Shown in pieces: positions 36,811 through 46,521 of a DNA stretch of 64,000 nucleotides. Origin of the DNA: Cytophagales bacterium. GTDB taxonomy: Bacteria > Bacteroidota > Bacteroidia > Cytophagales > JAAEPT01. The notes beneath the pieces are model-generated. The model made no database searches. It was not told where the DNA came from and was given only the letters and a program-made list of their open reading frames with translations. Position numbers and translations under genes: made by a program. Numbering within the stretch: the first letter of the stretch is position 1; every line of letters begins with the position of its first letter. The stretch is taken from NCBI GenBank assembly GCA_024232295.1, contig JAAEPT010000154.1, positions 9,612 through 73,611 of the forward strand. Direction: 5' to 3'.

Positions 36811-37317
36811 CTATTCAAATAGCTTTTTAGTCAGATATAATGTCATAATGTACAGGTCCCAATACTTTCCATCAAACCAAGTGTGATTTTTCAGACAACC
36901 TTCTTCTACAAAACCATTTCGTTGTGTAATTTTTAGAGAAGGTTCATTATAACCCTTGATCTCAGCATAGACTTTTCGAAAGCCAAATTGAGTATACAAA
37001 AACTTCAAAAAGTCGTAAGTAACCATTTTTCCCAAACCTTGAGCAGTAGCTTCCGGCTTTAGATAAACACACAAATAAGTATACTTATCTACAAAATCAG
37101 TATTGTAATTATAAATGAAACCTACAGGTTCATTATTATGCTCAATAATGCAAAAAGTATGTATGAATCTACGCAAACGCCTTTGAAAATCATCTACAAA
37201 AGATTCATAACTATACAAATCTCTATCCTCCCACCAAAGGTGTAAGTTTCTAAGATCTGTTTGACATTCATAAATAAATGGATAATCTTCTTTTGAGATT
37301 GGACGTAACTGAGGCAT
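36811..37317 (-). CDS. GNAT-family N-acetyltransferase
   Basis: 168 aa. Acetyl-CoA-binding-type segment ATAQGLGKMV and beta-bulge region, typical GNAT length. Confidence 0.75.
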   Translation of the reverse strand: MPQLRPISKEDYPFIYECQTDLRNLHLWWEDRDLYSYESFVDDFQRRLRRFIHTFCIIEHNNEPVGFIYNYNTDFVDKYTYLCVYLKPEATAQGLGKMVTYDFLKFLYTQFGFRKVYAEIKGYNEPSLKITQRNGFVEEGCLKNHTWFDGKYWDLYIMTLYLTKKLFE

Positions 37318-37369
37318 GCTAAAAGTGTTTTATTCGTTTTTCTAAACTAATAATTTTAATACAAAAGAA

Positions 37370-37399
37370 AAGCCCTTATTCATTATTAAATAAGGGCTT
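37370..37399 (-). terminator. rho-independent terminator
   Basis: AAGCCCTTATT / AATAAGGGCTT 11-bp stem, T-rich on the minus strand after it. Confidence 0.65.
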
Positions 37400-37425
37400 C
37401 AATCATTTTATGAAAAACATATTGA

Positions 37426-38247
37426 TTAGAACATATCTTGTAATTCTTGATAAGAAATAATTCCAGACTCATCTAGAAGTGTTGCTTTATTAGTACAACA
37501 AGTACCTTCACAGCTTAATTCTTTTGATAAATTGTCAATATTCTCTACACGATTTTCTGGAGAAGGGTGTGTACTCAAAAATTCAGGAACGCCACTACTT
37601 TGTCCTTCTTCTTCTAATTTTCTAAAAAATTCAGCAGCACCATTCCCTTTATAATCTGTAGGGCATAGATAATTAACTGAGAACTCATCAGCTTCTGATT
37701 CATCAGAACGACTGAACTTTAAACCAACTAATCCTCCAGTTACTTCTTTGATTTTAGATTGGTCTTTTCCTAATGCAATATCTAACAATAACTGAACTCC
37801 ATATTGCTTTACCATTTGGTTGATTGAATGACGTTGATCTGCATGAGCAATTTCATGCCCCAAAACCCCTGCCAAGTCAGACTCATTATCCAAATAATCA
37901 ATCAAACCAGTATATACATAAATATACCCACCAGGAGCCGCAAAAGCATTTAATACATCTTGATCGATAATATAAATCTCCCAAGCAAACTCATCCTTAT
38001 AACGAACATCATCACTTGCCAAAATTTTATCTCTCATCAACTCCAAATATTTATACGCTTCTGGAGCTTGACTACGGGGTACTACAGGATATTCAGAAGG
38101 ATTTTTCGCAATTTCATCTCTTAATTGCATTCCTAATTCCTTATCCTTACTCACTGGATATAATAAATCAATAGCAGATTTGTCACCACAAGTTGTTAGT
38201 CCAAATAATACTGCTAATAGAATAATACCATTAATAACTCTTTTCAT
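37426..38247 (-). CDS. M48-family zinc metalloprotease (lipoprotein)
   Basis: HEIAHADQRH (HExxH), downstream ESEAD. N-terminus ...LFGLTTCGD lipobox. Confidence 0.85.
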   Translation of the reverse strand: MKRVINGIILLAVLFGLTTCGDKSAIDLLYPVSKDKELGMQLRDEIAKNPSEYPVVPRSQAPEAYKYLELMRDKILASDDVRYKDEFAWEIYIIDQDVLNAFAAPGGYIYVYTGLIDYLDNESDLAGVLGHEIAHADQRHSINQMVKQYGVQLLLDIALGKDQSKIKEVTGGLVGLKFSRSDESEADEFSVNYLCPTDYKGNGAAEFFRKLEEEGQSSGVPEFLSTHPSPENRVENIDNLSKELSCEGTCCTNKATLLDESGIISYQELQDMF

Positions 38248-38251
38248 AGCT

Positions 38252-39196
38252 TTACTTTTTTTTCAATTGTTCATCAAAGTATGCAATCGTTTTTATCAAA
38301 CCTTGTTCCAACTGTATAGTTGGCTCCCAATTTAATTCTTTTTTTGCCAAATCAATAATTGGTTGTCTTTGCATTGGATCATCCTTTGGTAGTTCTAAGT
38401 TGATTAACTTCGATTTAGAACCTGTAATTTCAATCACCTTTTCAGCCAATTGACGAATGGTAAATTCATTAGGATTTCCAATATTCATTGGCCCCGTTAA
38501 ACCTTCGCGAGAATTCATCAAACGAACCATTCCTTCTAATAGATCATCTACAAAACAAAAGCTTCTTGTTTGATTTCCCTCACCATAAATGGTAATATCC
38601 TCTCCTTTCAAGGCTTGGACAATGAAGTTTGAAACTACACGACCATCATTCATGTCCATACGAGGACCATAAGTATTAAAGATACGCATAATCTTAATAT
38701 CAACGTCATTTTGCTTATGGTAGTCCATAAACAACGTTTCTGCACAACGTTTTCCTTCATCATAACAAGAACGAACACCAATTGTATTTACATTCCCCCA
38801 ATACGATTCTGGTTGTGGATGAATGGTTGGATCACCATACACTTCACTTGTACTTGCCTGTAAAATTCTTGCATTTACACGTTTTGCAAGACCCAACATA
38901 TTAATAGCTCCCATAACAGATGTTTTCACTGTCTTGATTGGGTTGTATTGATAATGAACTGGTGATGCTGGACAAGCCAAATTATAAATTTGATCAACCT
39001 CTGCATAATAAGGCGTAGTAACATCATGACGAACTACCTCAAAATAAGGGTTATCCATTAAGTGAACAATGTTATCCTTACTTCCTGTAAAATAGTTATC
39101 TAAACAGATAACATCATTTCCTTCATTTAAAAGGCGTTCACATAAATGAGACCCTAAAAAACCAGCTCCCCCTGTTACTAAAATTCGTTTGCCCAT
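38252..39196 (-). CDS. UDP-glucuronate decarboxylase (UDP-xylose synthase)
   Basis: [19 protein letters not shown]...[12 protein letters not shown]...YDEGKR is a classic UXS/SDR signature. Confidence 0.9.
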   Translation of the reverse strand: MGKRILVTGGAGFLGSHLCERLLNEGNDVICLDNYFTGSKDNIVHLMDNPYFEVVRHDVTTPYYAEVDQIYNLACPASPVHYQYNPIKTVKTSVMGAINMLGLAKRVNARILQASTSEVYGDPTIHPQPESYWGNVNTIGVRSCYDEGKRCAETLFMDYHKQNDVDIKIMRIFNTYGPRMDMNDGRVVSNFIVQALKGEDITIYGEGNQTRSFCFVDDLLEGMVRLMNSREGLTGPMNIGNPNEFTIRQLAEKVIEITGSKSKLINLELPKDDPMQRQPIIDLAKKELNWEPTIQLEQGLIKTIAYFDEQLKKK

Positions 39197-39296
39197 ATCC
39201 TTACTTTTATGATAAATTTCTTTCCACTAAATTAATTGTTTTTGTTGAAAAAAAAGACTTATTTGTGGTATTCTATAATTTTTCATTATCAAAAAT

Positions 39297-39740
39297 ATGA
39301 AGCAAACATTTGGTTATCATGATGCCCTTATTGCCCTTTCAACGATTGTTTCTTGGGCAGATGGCGAAAGACAAGATCCAGAAGTAGATGCAACAATCGA
39401 AATGGTTGCATATGAAAGAATTTCTGAGAAAACAATTGAGAAATATCAACAAAAAACTGAGCGTATCACCAAAGAAGAAGATATTTTCCGTTTGGCGATT
39501 GGAGCTTTACTAAATGAATCTCAACAAAGAAGAGCCAATGCATGTGCATGGATGTATAAAGTTGCTTTGATGGCTTCTGATAAATCTACAGATGTAAAAG
39601 GTGAACATTGGGTTGACTCTGCAAAGCATTTAGACCAAGAAGAATTAGACTGGATTAATCAAGCTTGTAAAGGTTTGGAAGTATCTGAAGAAGATATGGC
39701 TGAAGCATACAAAAAGCTTCCTACTATCCATACTTTATAA
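39297..39740 (+). CDS. hypothetical protein
   Basis: 147-aa acidic helical ORF. No motif recognised. Confidence 0.45.
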   Translation: MKQTFGYHDALIALSTIVSWADGERQDPEVDATIEMVAYERISEKTIEKYQQKTERITKEEDIFRLAIGALLNESQQRRANACAWMYKVALMASDKSTDVKGEHWVDSAKHLDQEELDWINQACKGLEVSEEDMAEAYKKLPTIHTL

Positions 39741-39761
39741 TAAAAATCAATAGTAATAAAT

Positions 39762-39792
39762 AGGCTATCTTACTCATAAGATAGCCTTTTTT
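39762..39792 (+). terminator. rho-independent terminator
   Basis: AGGCTATCTTA-ctca-TAAGATAGCCT followed by TTTTT. Confidence 0.7.
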
Positions 39793-39798
39793 GATATT

Positions 39799-40185
39799 AT
39801 GAAATATCGTTTCTCTTTATTTTTCATTAGTCTTCTCTTCATTCCATTCTTATTAATTACAGATTTTTATCCTTTTATGCGATTGGGAATGTTTGCAGAA
39901 CCGATTCGCTCTACACAACAAACAGAAGTTTTTCAAATTTCTGCACAACATCATCAAGATAGTACCTATACCTTGATTGATATGGAGAAAATGGGAATCC
40001 CTAAATCTTCAATTGAATACCTAGCAAGAAATTATTTCTATCGTGGACAAACTGATGAATTCTTAGATAAAATTCATCACAACTACCCTGTTGAACACAA
40101 AGCTTTGCGTTTCTCACGCATGACTATTTCTACCATTGATAATCAAAAAAATACTTCCATATTATTGACGAAAAAATATGAGTAG
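39799..40185 (+). CDS. small membrane-anchored protein (possible SdpA-like partner)
   Basis: 128 aa with an N-terminal TM (FSLFFISLLFIPFLLI). 8-nt overlap with the next gene. Confidence 0.4.
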   Translation: MKYRFSLFFISLLFIPFLLITDFYPFMRLGMFAEPIRSTQQTEVFQISAQHHQDSTYTLIDMEKMGIPKSSIEYLARNYFYRGQTDEFLDKIHHNYPVEHKALRFSRMTISTIDNQKNTSILLTKKYE

Positions 40186-41251
40186 AAGGCAACAATACAT
40201 ATTAACTATTATTGGAAGTTTATTATTGATTGGAACTCATATTTTCTACTTTGCTTATCTCAGAGAACAGGTAGGCTTTTTATATGAAGGCAAAGCAGAT
40301 ACTTGGTTTCAGGAAATTATTGAACAAGTCTACCCTCGTTTTGAAGTTGAAAAACACCGATTTAATTTATCCTTCTTTTTAGAAAAGTCACAACAAGTCA
40401 TTCTTAGAGTTTCCATGTTTGTACTTTTTTTAATGATGTTGTTATGGGTAAAAACAGAGAGTATCAAAAAATACTTTAATCAGAAAAAAGATATTCAAAA
40501 TGAACAATACTTTCGTGTTTTGTTCTATGCCTGTGTATTAATTGTTTCGTATGATTGGTTTCCAAGTTTACTTTCTTTGGAAAATATGCGTCCATTTTAC
40601 CACCCTATCTCCTTTCTCAAAGTATTTGGAGAAATGCCTCCCATATTCTTCAATTTAGGTATTTATTTGTTGATGGTCATTTGTTCCATATTGTGTATAT
40701 TCAATATTCAAGCAAAATGGATTTCATGGATTGTGATTACTTGTTTTATCTACTTACACGGATTATTTTGTTCATTCGAAAAAATGAATCATGTATTCAC
40801 GACATTTATCTATGTAGGACTTTTATTTCCTTTTTCATTCCACAGTCAAACTTCATGGAATATTCAACTACTTAGAATAGCGGTTTGCCTTACTTATTTT
40901 TTTGCAGGAACTGAGAAGCTTTTGATTTCACAATTTGCTTGGGTATCTCCAGACACTTTCAGATCATACTTACTAATGCATGAAGCTCCTTTGGGTTTAT
41001 GGGTAGCAAAACAAGATTTTTTGTGTTATATCTTCCCTTCTTTTGCACTAGGATTTCAACTTACATTTTGTCTTGTTCTATTATTTCCAAAGCTTACAAA
41101 ATGGTACTTATTAGGAGGTTGGGGATTTCATTGGGGTACAACTTTTTTATTTGGAATTAGTTGGTTGACCAATCCTTGGCTGATGCCTTATCTCTTCTTT
41201 ATAGATTGGAAACAGATAATATTGTGGATAAAACAAAAAAAAGAAAAATAA
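40178..41251 (+). CDS. polytopic membrane protein, HTTM/SdpB-like (by eye)
   Basis: 357 aa. YFRVLFYACVLIVSYDW... and ...YFFAGTEKLLISQFAWVSPDTF resemble HTTM-domain helices. Confidence 0.45.
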   Translation: MSRRQQYILTIIGSLLLIGTHIFYFAYLREQVGFLYEGKADTWFQEIIEQVYPRFEVEKHRFNLSFFLEKSQQVILRVSMFVLFLMMLLWVKTESIKKYFNQKKDIQNEQYFRVLFYACVLIVSYDWFPSLLSLENMRPFYHPISFLKVFGEMPPIFFNLGIYLLMVICSILCIFNIQAKWISWIVITCFIYLHGLFCSFEKMNHVFTTFIYVGLLFPFSFHSQTSWNIQLLRIAVCLTYFFAGTEKLLISQFAWVSPDTFRSYLLMHEAPLGLWVAKQDFLCYIFPSFALGFQLTFCLVLLFPKLTKWYLLGGWGFHWGTTFLFGISWLTNPWLMPYLFFIDWKQIILWIKQKKEK

Positions 41252-42349
41252 GGGTGAAAAAACAGAACGATAACGTACCAAAGAACCATAATTAGGAGAA
41301 GAAAAGGCTAGTAAAATTGCCAATAAACTGATAAAACCCAGTATTGCCCAAATTTCTACAGTCCACAACAGCTTAAAGTACTTTTTCAGATTATAAATCA
41401 GCATAAATAAGAAAAAAGAGTTTAACAAAGTATCTAATAATTGAATCTTCCAAGTAAATAGAATTGGAGAAAATAAACCTCCAAAAAACGCCTTGGGAGT
41501 ATTTTGTAAAAAAGACAGAAAACTTGAGGTAAGACTATTAAAGGCTAAATATCCACTTTCACTAGAACTTTGAATTGTTAAATCATGATTTAATACAATG
41601 GCTTTTAGAATATTTTGAAGGTATAAATTTGGATGAATGAAAGAAGTGGAAATGAGCCCTAATAACAAAAACATACCATAACTAGCCTTCTTTTTATCTT
41701 TCAAAAATGGAATTTTGTACACTAATAAAAGAGGAAAAAAGAAAGCAAACAGGGTGGCAGCAAAATAATACTTAATCTTCCAAATAATCACACATAATGC
41801 AAAAAACAAAAGCATTGTAATCATCTGTTTTACAACACCTAACTTTGTCTTAATTAAGAGAATAATGCATGAAATTGCGAGTATAACTAAAGGAACAACA
41901 AAAGCTTCTTTCATCAAACCACTTGTCCAAAAAACAAATGATGGATTGATAAATAATGCAAAAAACAACAAACCTCTGTATTGAGGATAAATTTTGGATA
42001 ATTGTAAAAATGAAATGGCATAACAAGCAAAACCAAAACTAGAAACAATGCTTGCTAATACCCAATAATTACCTCTTGCTAACCAATTGAATATTGAAAG
42101 TACTTTTACAAAAAATAAAGCCCTAGGCTGATAGGTATTGAAATAGAGAGAAGTAGATAAATGTTCATTTTTCCAATAGGCAAAGTATTCTGAAAAAGAA
42201 AAGGTTTGTATAATCTTTACATCTCGCCAATAAACTAGTGTATCACCTCCATCATAATAGAAATGATACAAACACCCCACCAAGATACCAGCCAATACCT
42301 TGAGAAGAAAAGCTCCAAATAACCAATAATATTTTGGTTGAATAGACAC
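41147..42349 (-). CDS. polytopic membrane protein (GT-C-like glycosyltransferase fold possible)
   Basis: 400 aa with more than 10 hydrophobic segments. The 3' end overlaps the convergent gene by 105 nt. Confidence 0.5.
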   Translation of the reverse strand: MSIQPKYYWLFGAFLLKVLAGILVGCLYHFYYDGGDTLVYWRDVKIIQTFSFSEYFAYWKNEHLSTSLYFNTYQPRALFFVKVLSIFNWLARGNYWVLASIVSSFGFACYAISFLQLSKIYPQYRGLLFFALFINPSFVFWTSGLMKEAFVVPLVILAISCIILLIKTKLGVVKQMITMLLFFALCVIIWKIKYYFAATLFAFFFPLLLVYKIPFLKDKKKASYGMFLLLGLISTSFIHPNLYLQNILKAIVLNHDLTIQSSSESGYLAFNSLTSSFLSFLQNTPKAFFGGLFSPILFTWKIQLLDTLLNSFFLFMLIYNLKKYFKLLWTVEIWAILGFISLLAILLAFSSPNYGSLVRYRSVFSPLFFFFLFYPQYYLFPIYKEEIRHQPRIGQPTNSK

Positions 42350-42780
42350 TACCTTTTCTTCAATTGTTTATTCAAATAAGTTACTAGTTTTTGAGCTTTG
42401 TTCTTATCAATATCATAAACCAAAGAATAAGGGTCTTTTTTATCTTTGATTTCCAAACTCACTTCTCTTTTATCTCCTTTGAGACTATTAGAACTCACAT
42501 TTTTGATCGTATCTAAAGCGATTTCTTTGTGAAAGGGAAACATAAAGAGCTTCTTACTGATTCTTATTTTCCCTTCTTGAACCATTACCTTTTCTTTGTA
42601 GGTAAAATTCTGAACCATCATCAGAAAGAAAATGGTAGCCATAGGTATTAAAACCAAAAAGCGATCAATTTCAAACCCTTGGTAGATGGTAGTCATTATT
42701 AATTGTAATAAGACTACCCCACCAAATAAACCATTAAGTGTAGCCATGATTGGCTTTTTTCTATCAATTATTAGCTCCAT
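42349..42780 (-). CDS. small membrane protein
   Basis: 143 aa, two N-terminal TM helices then a soluble domain. Overlaps the bioA stop by 17 nt. Confidence 0.45.
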   Translation of the reverse strand: MELIIDRKKPIMATLNGLFGGVVLLQLIMTTIYQGFEIDRFLVLIPMATIFFLMMVQNFTYKEKVMVQEGKIRISKKLFMFPFHKEIALDTIKNVSSNSLKGDKREVSLEIKDKKDPYSLVYDIDKNKAQKLVTYLNKQLKKR

Positions 42781-44053
42781 CCGCTAGTTTTGTTAGTACT
42801 TTTTCAATGGTTGAATAAACCCTCTCCAACTCTTCATTTGTGATAATATATGGAGGCAAAATATAAATTACATTCCCCAATGGACGTAATAAAACATCCT
42901 CTTCCAAAAAGGAATTATACAACCAATCTCTCAAGTTATTGAAATAAGATGTATTCTCCCCTGTTTTCACTTCCAAAGAAATGATTGTTCCTAGACTTTT
43001 TACTTTATCAATGAATGGATGTTGCTCCAAGCGACTCACTACCTCTTTGTGAGAATTCGTAACTCGTTGAATATTTTGTTGACACTCATCCGACTGAAAG
43101 ATTTCAAAACTTGCATTGGCAACAGCACAAGAAAGTGGATTTCCTGTATAAGAATGACCATGATAAAATGCCTTACCCTTGTCTGCATTGTCAAAAATCT
43201 TCACAATTTTCTCTGATACAGCCGTAAGTCCAAGAGGCATTGTTCCTGTCACTGCTTTTGAAATACACATTAAATCTGGCTTAATATCCATATAATCAGA
43301 AGCAAATGTTTTTCCTGTGCGACCAAATCCGGTCATTACTTCATCTGCAATACAAATAATATCGTACTTTTTAGCAATCTCTAATAATGCTTGTAAGGTT
43401 GCATGACTATAAATACGCATTCCTGCTGAACCTTGAATCAAAGGCTCATAAATGAAAAGAGCAACATCCCCTTGTTTCGCTAAATTTTCAAAAGCGTCAA
43501 TGGTTTGTTGCTCTACTCCGTCCGAAGGAAAAGGTAACGATTCAACTTCCAACATATAATCATGAAAGGCTGGATAAAAATCACTTTTACCTCCCATTGC
43601 CATGGCTCCAAAAGTATCACCATGATAAGCACCTTCAAGTGCTACAATTCTTTTCTTATCTTTAACTTCTTGATTGTACCAATATTGAATTGCTAACTTA
43701 ATTGCTACTTCTACAGAAGTACTTCCATTATCAGAAAAGAAAATCTTCTGCATAGAATCAGGAAGAATTGATAGCAAGTTTTCAGCTAACTGAATGGCTG
43801 GTTTGTGTGTAAAACCTGCAAAAATTACGTGTTCAGCTGTAGATGCTTGCTTAAATAATGCCTCAGCAATCTTAGGGTGAGAATGTCCGTGAATATTTAC
43901 CCACCACGAAGAAATGGCATCCAAAATTTTACGATCGTCTTCTAGTGTTAAATAACAGCCTTTGGCTTCCTTCACCAGAAAAGTTTCAAAGTTTCGTTTT
44001 AGTGGAGCAAAAGGCTCCCAAACATAGGCTTGATGCTTTTCTATCCAATTCAT
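42764..44053 (-). CDS. bioA: adenosylmethionine-8-amino-7-oxononanoate aminotransferase
   Basis: YVWEPFA...SSWWVNIHGH...ADEVMTGFGRTGKTFA is a BioA signature. Confidence 0.9.
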   Translation of the reverse strand: MNWIEKHQAYVWEPFAPLKRNFETFLVKEAKGCYLTLEDDRKILDAISSWWVNIHGHSHPKIAEALFKQASTAEHVIFAGFTHKPAIQLAENLLSILPDSMQKIFFSDNGSTSVEVAIKLAIQYWYNQEVKDKKRIVALEGAYHGDTFGAMAMGGKSDFYPAFHDYMLEVESLPFPSDGVEQQTIDAFENLAKQGDVALFIYEPLIQGSAGMRIYSHATLQALLEIAKKYDIICIADEVMTGFGRTGKTFASDYMDIKPDLMCISKAVTGTMPLGLTAVSEKIVKIFDNADKGKAFYHGHSYTGNPLSCAVANASFEIFQSDECQQNIQRVTNSHKEVVSRLEQHPFIDKVKSLGTIISLEVKTGENTSYFNNLRDWLYNSFLEEDVLLRPLGNVIYILPPYIITNEELERVYSTIEKVLTKLADGANN

Positions 44054-44067
44054 ATCTATTGTTTTAT

Positions 44068-45273
44068 TTACTTGGGAAACCTTAATTCGAAGCCCAAACC
44101 TTCATTTTCTTCTGTATCTATTATTCGAATAGTTCCGTCAAGTCCTTCTATTAGGGCTTTAACAGAAGCTAAACCAATTCCTGTACTTATTTGTTTACTG
44201 TTTGTTTGATTTGTACTTATTTCAAAAACACGTTGTCTATCCCCTTTTTCAATACCAGGACCATTATCTTTTATGTAAAGAACCAATTCTTGATCATTAG
44301 TATCGTCAATTGTAATGTGTACTTCAGTAGTCTGTTTATCACAGTACTTAATACTATTATCAAATAAATTCAAGAGGATTCGTTCTAGAGCGACCTCATT
44401 AGTAAAGAATTTAACCTGCTGATCTAATGAAGAAATAACACATGTTGTATTCTTATTCTGCTTGACCAAAGCAAAAGTGGATTTGATTAAATCAACTAAA
44501 TCAACCTCTGTCTTTTCTTTGCTTAAAAGATGAGTATTTCTACTATATTCCAATGTTGAATCAATCATTCCATTCAATTTCCTAACAGAGTTCCCTACAC
44601 AATCCAATAAATCAATTGCTTCTGTGTCCAAACAACTTGAATATTCTGTTCGAAAATTTTCAGTCATGCTTAGCATATTAATGAGAGGAGATTTAATATC
44701 ATGAGCCGTTGTATGAGCAAAAGCTTCCAAAGCCTTATTTTTCATTTCTACTTCATACATTTTCTTCTCCAACTCACATCTATTTTTACGAAGCTCAAAA
44801 AGCTTCAACACCTGATTAGAAAGTATTTTAAGGGTATCAGATTGTAGTTTAGTTAGCTTATTAGGTTTATTGTCAATGACACATAAAGTACCTAAAGCAT
44901 AACCTTCATTATCAACCAAGGGAATTCCCGCATAAAAAATAACATTTGGATTTTCGATCACCAATGGATTATCCACAAAACGCTCATCCAATGTAGTATC
45001 TTCTACTTCAAAAATCTGATTCGGATTATTAATTGCATGAGCACACAAGGCAATCTCTCTGGCAGTTTGTGATACCTCTAAACCAACACGAGATTTGAAC
45101 CACTGTCTTTCATCATCCAACAAACTAATAACTGAAATGGGAGTGTCACAGATTTGAGAAGCTAAATAAGTAATTTCATCATATTCTTTTTCTGGAAGGG
45201 TGTCCAAAATGGAATATTTCCGTAAAGCCTCAACACGTTCTTTTTCGTTACTTGGAATCTCTGGTTCTTTCAT
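44068..45273 (-). CDS. cytoplasmic GAF-domain sensor histidine kinase
   Basis: GAF-like N-terminal half, H-box FAHTTAHDIKSPL, N/G boxes LFDNSIKY, DNGPGI, GIGLASV. No TM segment. Confidence 0.85.
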   Translation of the reverse strand: MKEPEIPSNEKERVEALRKYSILDTLPEKEYDEITYLASQICDTPISVISLLDDERQWFKSRVGLEVSQTAREIALCAHAINNPNQIFEVEDTTLDERFVDNPLVIENPNVIFYAGIPLVDNEGYALGTLCVIDNKPNKLTKLQSDTLKILSNQVLKLFELRKNRCELEKKMYEVEMKNKALEAFAHTTAHDIKSPLINMLSMTENFRTEYSSCLDTEAIDLLDCVGNSVRKLNGMIDSTLEYSRNTHLLSKEKTEVDLVDLIKSTFALVKQNKNTTCVISSLDQQVKFFTNEVALERILLNLFDNSIKYCDKQTTEVHITIDDTNDQELVLYIKDNGPGIEKGDRQRVFEISTNQTNSKQISTGIGLASVKALIEGLDGTIRIIDTEENEGLGFELRFPK

Positions 45274-45401
45274 AATTAATTGAGAGAGTTAGTTTAGTGT
45301 TGGTGTGCACAATTTAACCCAAAAAACAGCGATTCACAACTAAATTATATTGGATAAACCTCGTTTTTTCAATAAAAGAAAGAAAATATGTATATTCCTT
45401 T

Positions 45402-45911
45402 ATGAAAAAGATTAGCATTATTATTCTTGGGATTATTTGTCCTTTCTTCCTTTTATCATCTTGTGATCAAGATTGTGAAACAGTAGAATTAGCAGACTTA
45501 TCATTTGAGTCTCCTGTTAGTATTTCGTTGGTAGGTGGAGCACTTAGTGGTATTTATGAAGTTACTTCTACAGTAGTTAATCAAGATACAGATGACTGTT
45601 TTGATGGATCAAATATTCAGATTGCCAATAGTACATTATTAGAAGAAACAATTATGTATTCTCCCAATCCCGATTTATCAGGAGCAATAACTTATTCTGG
45701 CCCTGCTTACTATTCAATACCCAGTCTTAGTGGAGGTCAAAGTTATACAGTTAGTAATCAGTATGGGCTAGGAAAAAGTGGTTATTATATCATTGAGCAC
45801 AAGATTGATCACGGTAATTATGTATTTGAAAGAGATGAACAAAATAATGCGAGCAAAATCAATCACCCGCATAATTTAGGTGCTTCTCGTGTGGTTATCC
45901 AAGTGCCTTAA
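45402..45911 (+). CDS. hypothetical lipoprotein
   Basis: MKKISIIILGIICPFFLLSSCDQD lipobox. Confidence 0.5.
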   Translation: MKKISIIILGIICPFFLLSSCDQDCETVELADLSFESPVSISLVGGALSGIYEVTSTVVNQDTDDCFDGSNIQIANSTLLEETIMYSPNPDLSGAITYSGPAYYSIPSLSGGQSYTVSNQYGLGKSGYYIIEHKIDHGNYVFERDEQNNASKINHPHNLGASRVVIQVP

Positions 45912-46521
45912 GAGAGGCTTTTAGTTTTTCTGCATATTCCAAAACAACTTCTTGATTTACTTCTGGTAATTGAGGAATGTGCAACAAACAAGGGCAATCT
46001 ACATAATCCATGATAAATTTTTCTGAAGAAGGGTTTGAGTCTCCATTGAAGATAATTCCTTTTAGGTTCAAGCCTCTTCTTTTTATTTCATTGATGGACA
46101 GAATGGTATGATTAATACTTCCCAAATAAAGATTTGAAACCAATATAACTTCACAAGGAAATTGGTCAACCAAATCAATTACAAAATCTTTGTCATTCAA
46201 AGGAACCATCATTCCTCCTGCTCCTTCTATTACAAAATGTTCGTTTTGAGTTTCTGGTAACACAATTTTATCCAAAGAAATTTCTACTCCATCAATTTCG
46301 GCTGCTCCATGTGGAGACATGGGGGTTTTGAGAGCATATGCTTCTGGATGAGACACTGTTTTTTCATTTGAAATTAGAGCTTTCACAGCATCAGTATCTC
46401 TCTCCTCCAATCCTGACTGTACAGGTTTCCAATAGTCTGCCTTGAAGGCTTCTGTAAAGATTGCACTTACTAGTGTTTTTCCACTATCTGTACTAATAGC
46501 TGTTATAAAGTATCTTGACAT
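45895..46521 (-). CDS. bioD: dethiobiotin synthase
   Basis: FITAISTDSGKTLVS P-loop, YWKPVQSG, EGAGG. Confidence 0.9.
   Translation of the reverse strand: MSRYFITAISTDSGKTLVSAIFTEAFKADYWKPVQSGLEERDTDAVKALISNEKTVSHPEAYALKTPMSPHGAAEIDGVEISLDKIVLPETQNEHFVIEGAGGMMVPLNDKDFVIDLVDQFPCEVILVSNLYLGSINHTILSINEIKRRGLNLKGIIFNGDSNPSSEKFIMDYVDCPCLLHIPQLPEVNQEVVLEYAEKLKASLKALG

Noticed and set aside
41221-41233. Perfect DnaA-box TTATCCACA (as TGTGGATAA on the plus strand)
   Set aside because: It is a single isolated box inside overlapping coding sequence. There is no cluster of boxes, no AT-rich unwinding element and no dnaA or dnaN nearby, so chance is the likely explanation.
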